This document shows positions 62,744 through 64,000 of a DNA stretch of 64,000 bases, piece by piece. A program made the position numbers and the translations under genes. The notes under the pieces are model-generated. The model saw only the letters and a program-made list of their open reading frames with translations. It had not been told where the DNA came from and made no database searches. This DNA comes from Clostridia bacterium. GTDB taxonomy: Bacteria > Bacillota > Clostridia > Oscillospirales > CAG-272. Numbering within the stretch: the stretch's first letter is position 1; the number at the start of each line of letters is the position of its first letter. The stretch spans positions 11,886 to 75,885 of the forward strand of contig JAFUNF010000018.1 of the NCBI GenBank assembly GCA_017473085.1. Reading direction: 5' to 3'.

Positions 62744-64000
62744 TTACTTTTCGATATACACAATTGTATTTCTCTCAAGGCGAAGAGTTACCTTGCCACC
62801 CTCAAATTTGTCAGTCTTGTTTTCAAACATAGTTTTATCTTCGTCAATTATATAAATTCTTGCGTTTTGCATATCCTCGTTACCTACATCAATGGTTACG
62901 AAGTTGCTACCCTTATTGTCATCCTCAGCGTAGTAGGTTAGCAAAATGCCACACTCCTCGCCACTTTTTGCACCAATTACGTAAATATCTTCGTGGTCGG
63001 TTGTTGCTTCAACCTGATTTTGTAGCTCATACATATTTGCAAAAAGATAGAAAGGATAATAGCCCTTTAGTGGCTCCTGTGTATAGAAATCAAAGAGTCC
63101 ATTAAAGCCACAGGGACGAGCATCGTAGTACATAAGCATATCAATGGTTGGATTGTTTTGACACTCAAGCATACAAGCAGTGGTAAAGGCAGCGCCCTTC
63201 ATACCGATAATTTGCTTTATGCTATATACAAACTCGTCAACCCAGCCACGAACGTAGTTCCACTCGTTACAAATGCTTTCACACTCTCCATAGCCATACT
63301 CCTCAAGTATGCCTCTTATTTTTGTAGCCTTAGCTGATAAATCCTTAGGCTGTGTCCAATACCAGTGCCAGGAGAAGAAGTCAAAGGTAACGCCCTGACC
63401 CTTAATTCTTTCAAAAAATCTTCTCATCCAGCTCTCGTCCCCTGCAAGTGCAGGACCACCTATCTTTAAGTGTGGGAATCTCTTCTTCAGGTGCTTAGAG
63501 GCAATAACGTAAAATTTGGCAAATTCCTCCTCTGTACCCTGCCAACACTTTTTGTTAGGTCCATCATCAGGGTCAAGGTCAGGCTCATTCCAAATTTCCC
63601 AATACTCAATATCATAATTAAAGCCGTTTGCCCAGCCCTGTGTATAGTGTGCGATTATATGCTCGCAAATCTCTGCCCACTTCTGAAAGTCAGGTGGGAC
63701 TACTGTACCATACTTTTTAACTCCGTGCTCAATCTTTGAGCCAAGACGGTAAAAGGGCTTTGCACCATACTTAAACAATTGCTTCATATAGTTATCAGTG
63801 CAAGGGAAATCATAGCTTGCAGGGTCGTTTACGTCTGCATTAAAGTCTGGGAAAATTGCGTGAACGTCAACTGTATGCTCTCCACCATAAGGGGAATAGA
63901 AGGATGCATCGTGAACTCTTGCGTAAGGTATTCTTGCAGCTTGATAGTAGTCTTGATTGCCACTTCTTTGGTCGTTGCCTGCAACCTTAGGTCCATTATT
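62744..64000 (-). CDS. clan GH-A glycoside hydrolase, GH39-like (5' end beyond the right edge)
   Basis: YWEIWNEPD acid/base motif. The frame stays open upstream of the track's Met, through NNGPKV...ARVHDASFYSPYGGEHTVDVHAIFPDF, to position 64000. Confidence 0.55.
   Translation of the reverse strand, partial: NNGPKVAGNDQRSGNQDYYQAARIPYARVHDASFYSPYGGEHTVDVHAIFPDFNADVNDPASYDFPCTDNYMKQLFKYGAKPFYRLGSKIEHGVKKYGTVVPPDFQKWAEICEHIIAHYTQGWANGFNYDIEYWEIWNEPDLDPDDGPNKKCWQGTEEEFAKFYVIASKHLKKRFPHLKIGGPALAGDESWMRRFFERIKGQGVTFDFFSWHWYWTQPKDLSAKATKIRGILEEYGYGECESICNEWNYVRGWVDEFVYSIKQIIGMKGAAFTTACMLECQNNPTIDMLMYYDARPCGFNGLFDFYTQEPLKGYYPFYLFANMYELQNQVEATTDHEDIYVIGAKSGEECGILLTYYAEDDNKGSNFVTIDVGNEDMQNARIYIIDEDKTMFENKTDKFEGGKVTLRLERNTIVYIEK

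Noticed and set aside
1-64000. Prophage, IS element, toxin-antitoxin or classical defence loci (RM, Abi, CBASS and so on).
   Set aside because: No ORF in the track shows transposase, integrase, capsid/terminase, methyltransferase/restriction or cyclase signatures that I could recognise. Fic and the HD-LRR fusion are the only effector-like proteins, and both lack typical partner genes.

Overview
This looks like a chromosomal segment of a low-GC Gram-positive, Clostridia-like bacterium; I cannot name the species. Most of it is housekeeping. One block runs on the minus strand: rluD-lspA-yggT-sepF-(yggS fused to miaA), queA, jag-yidC-yidD-rnpA-rpmH, ygiQ, and DUF1292-dnaB-rplI-gdpP. A second block runs on the plus strand: a glmU-like gene, pth, mfd, ogg, kdgK. 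rsmA and one tRNA-Thr(CGU) follow. An FMN riboswitch controls ribU. Carbohydrate and accessory genes are interspersed:
- a GH29 fucosidase, a GH94-like phosphorylase and a GH39-like hydrolase;
- a gldA/F/G-type ABC operon with a DUF4340 protein;
- an operon of two Gfo/Idh/MocA oxidoreductases and two TIM-barrel enzymes;
- pepF, and a Fic protein.

Five BspA-type LRR genes are present, including a tandem trio downstream of the tRNA. The first gene of that trio is fused to an HD (small-alarmone-hydrolase-like) domain and a CPCC zinc ribbon.

I found no rRNA, CRISPR/cas, transposase, integrase or phage genes.

The most unusual signal is non-coding. At least 12 intergenic sites carry arrays of short, sequence-variable hairpins joined by short conserved linkers. 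There are three linker flavours: TATATCAT, ATTTCAT/ATTTCAAG, and ACACCTC(A/C)TCC with a GGGGAAGG hairpin. These often form mirror-symmetric halves around terminators at gene 3' ends. One inverted pair brackets an orphan 313-aa ORF. I cannot assign these arrays to any repeat class I know.

Other points worth a second look are an in-frame MiaA-YggS fusion, a GlmU-like protein with a degenerate N-terminal domain, and overlapping divergent promoters sharing a palindrome between an XRE regulator and an LRR lipoprotein gene.
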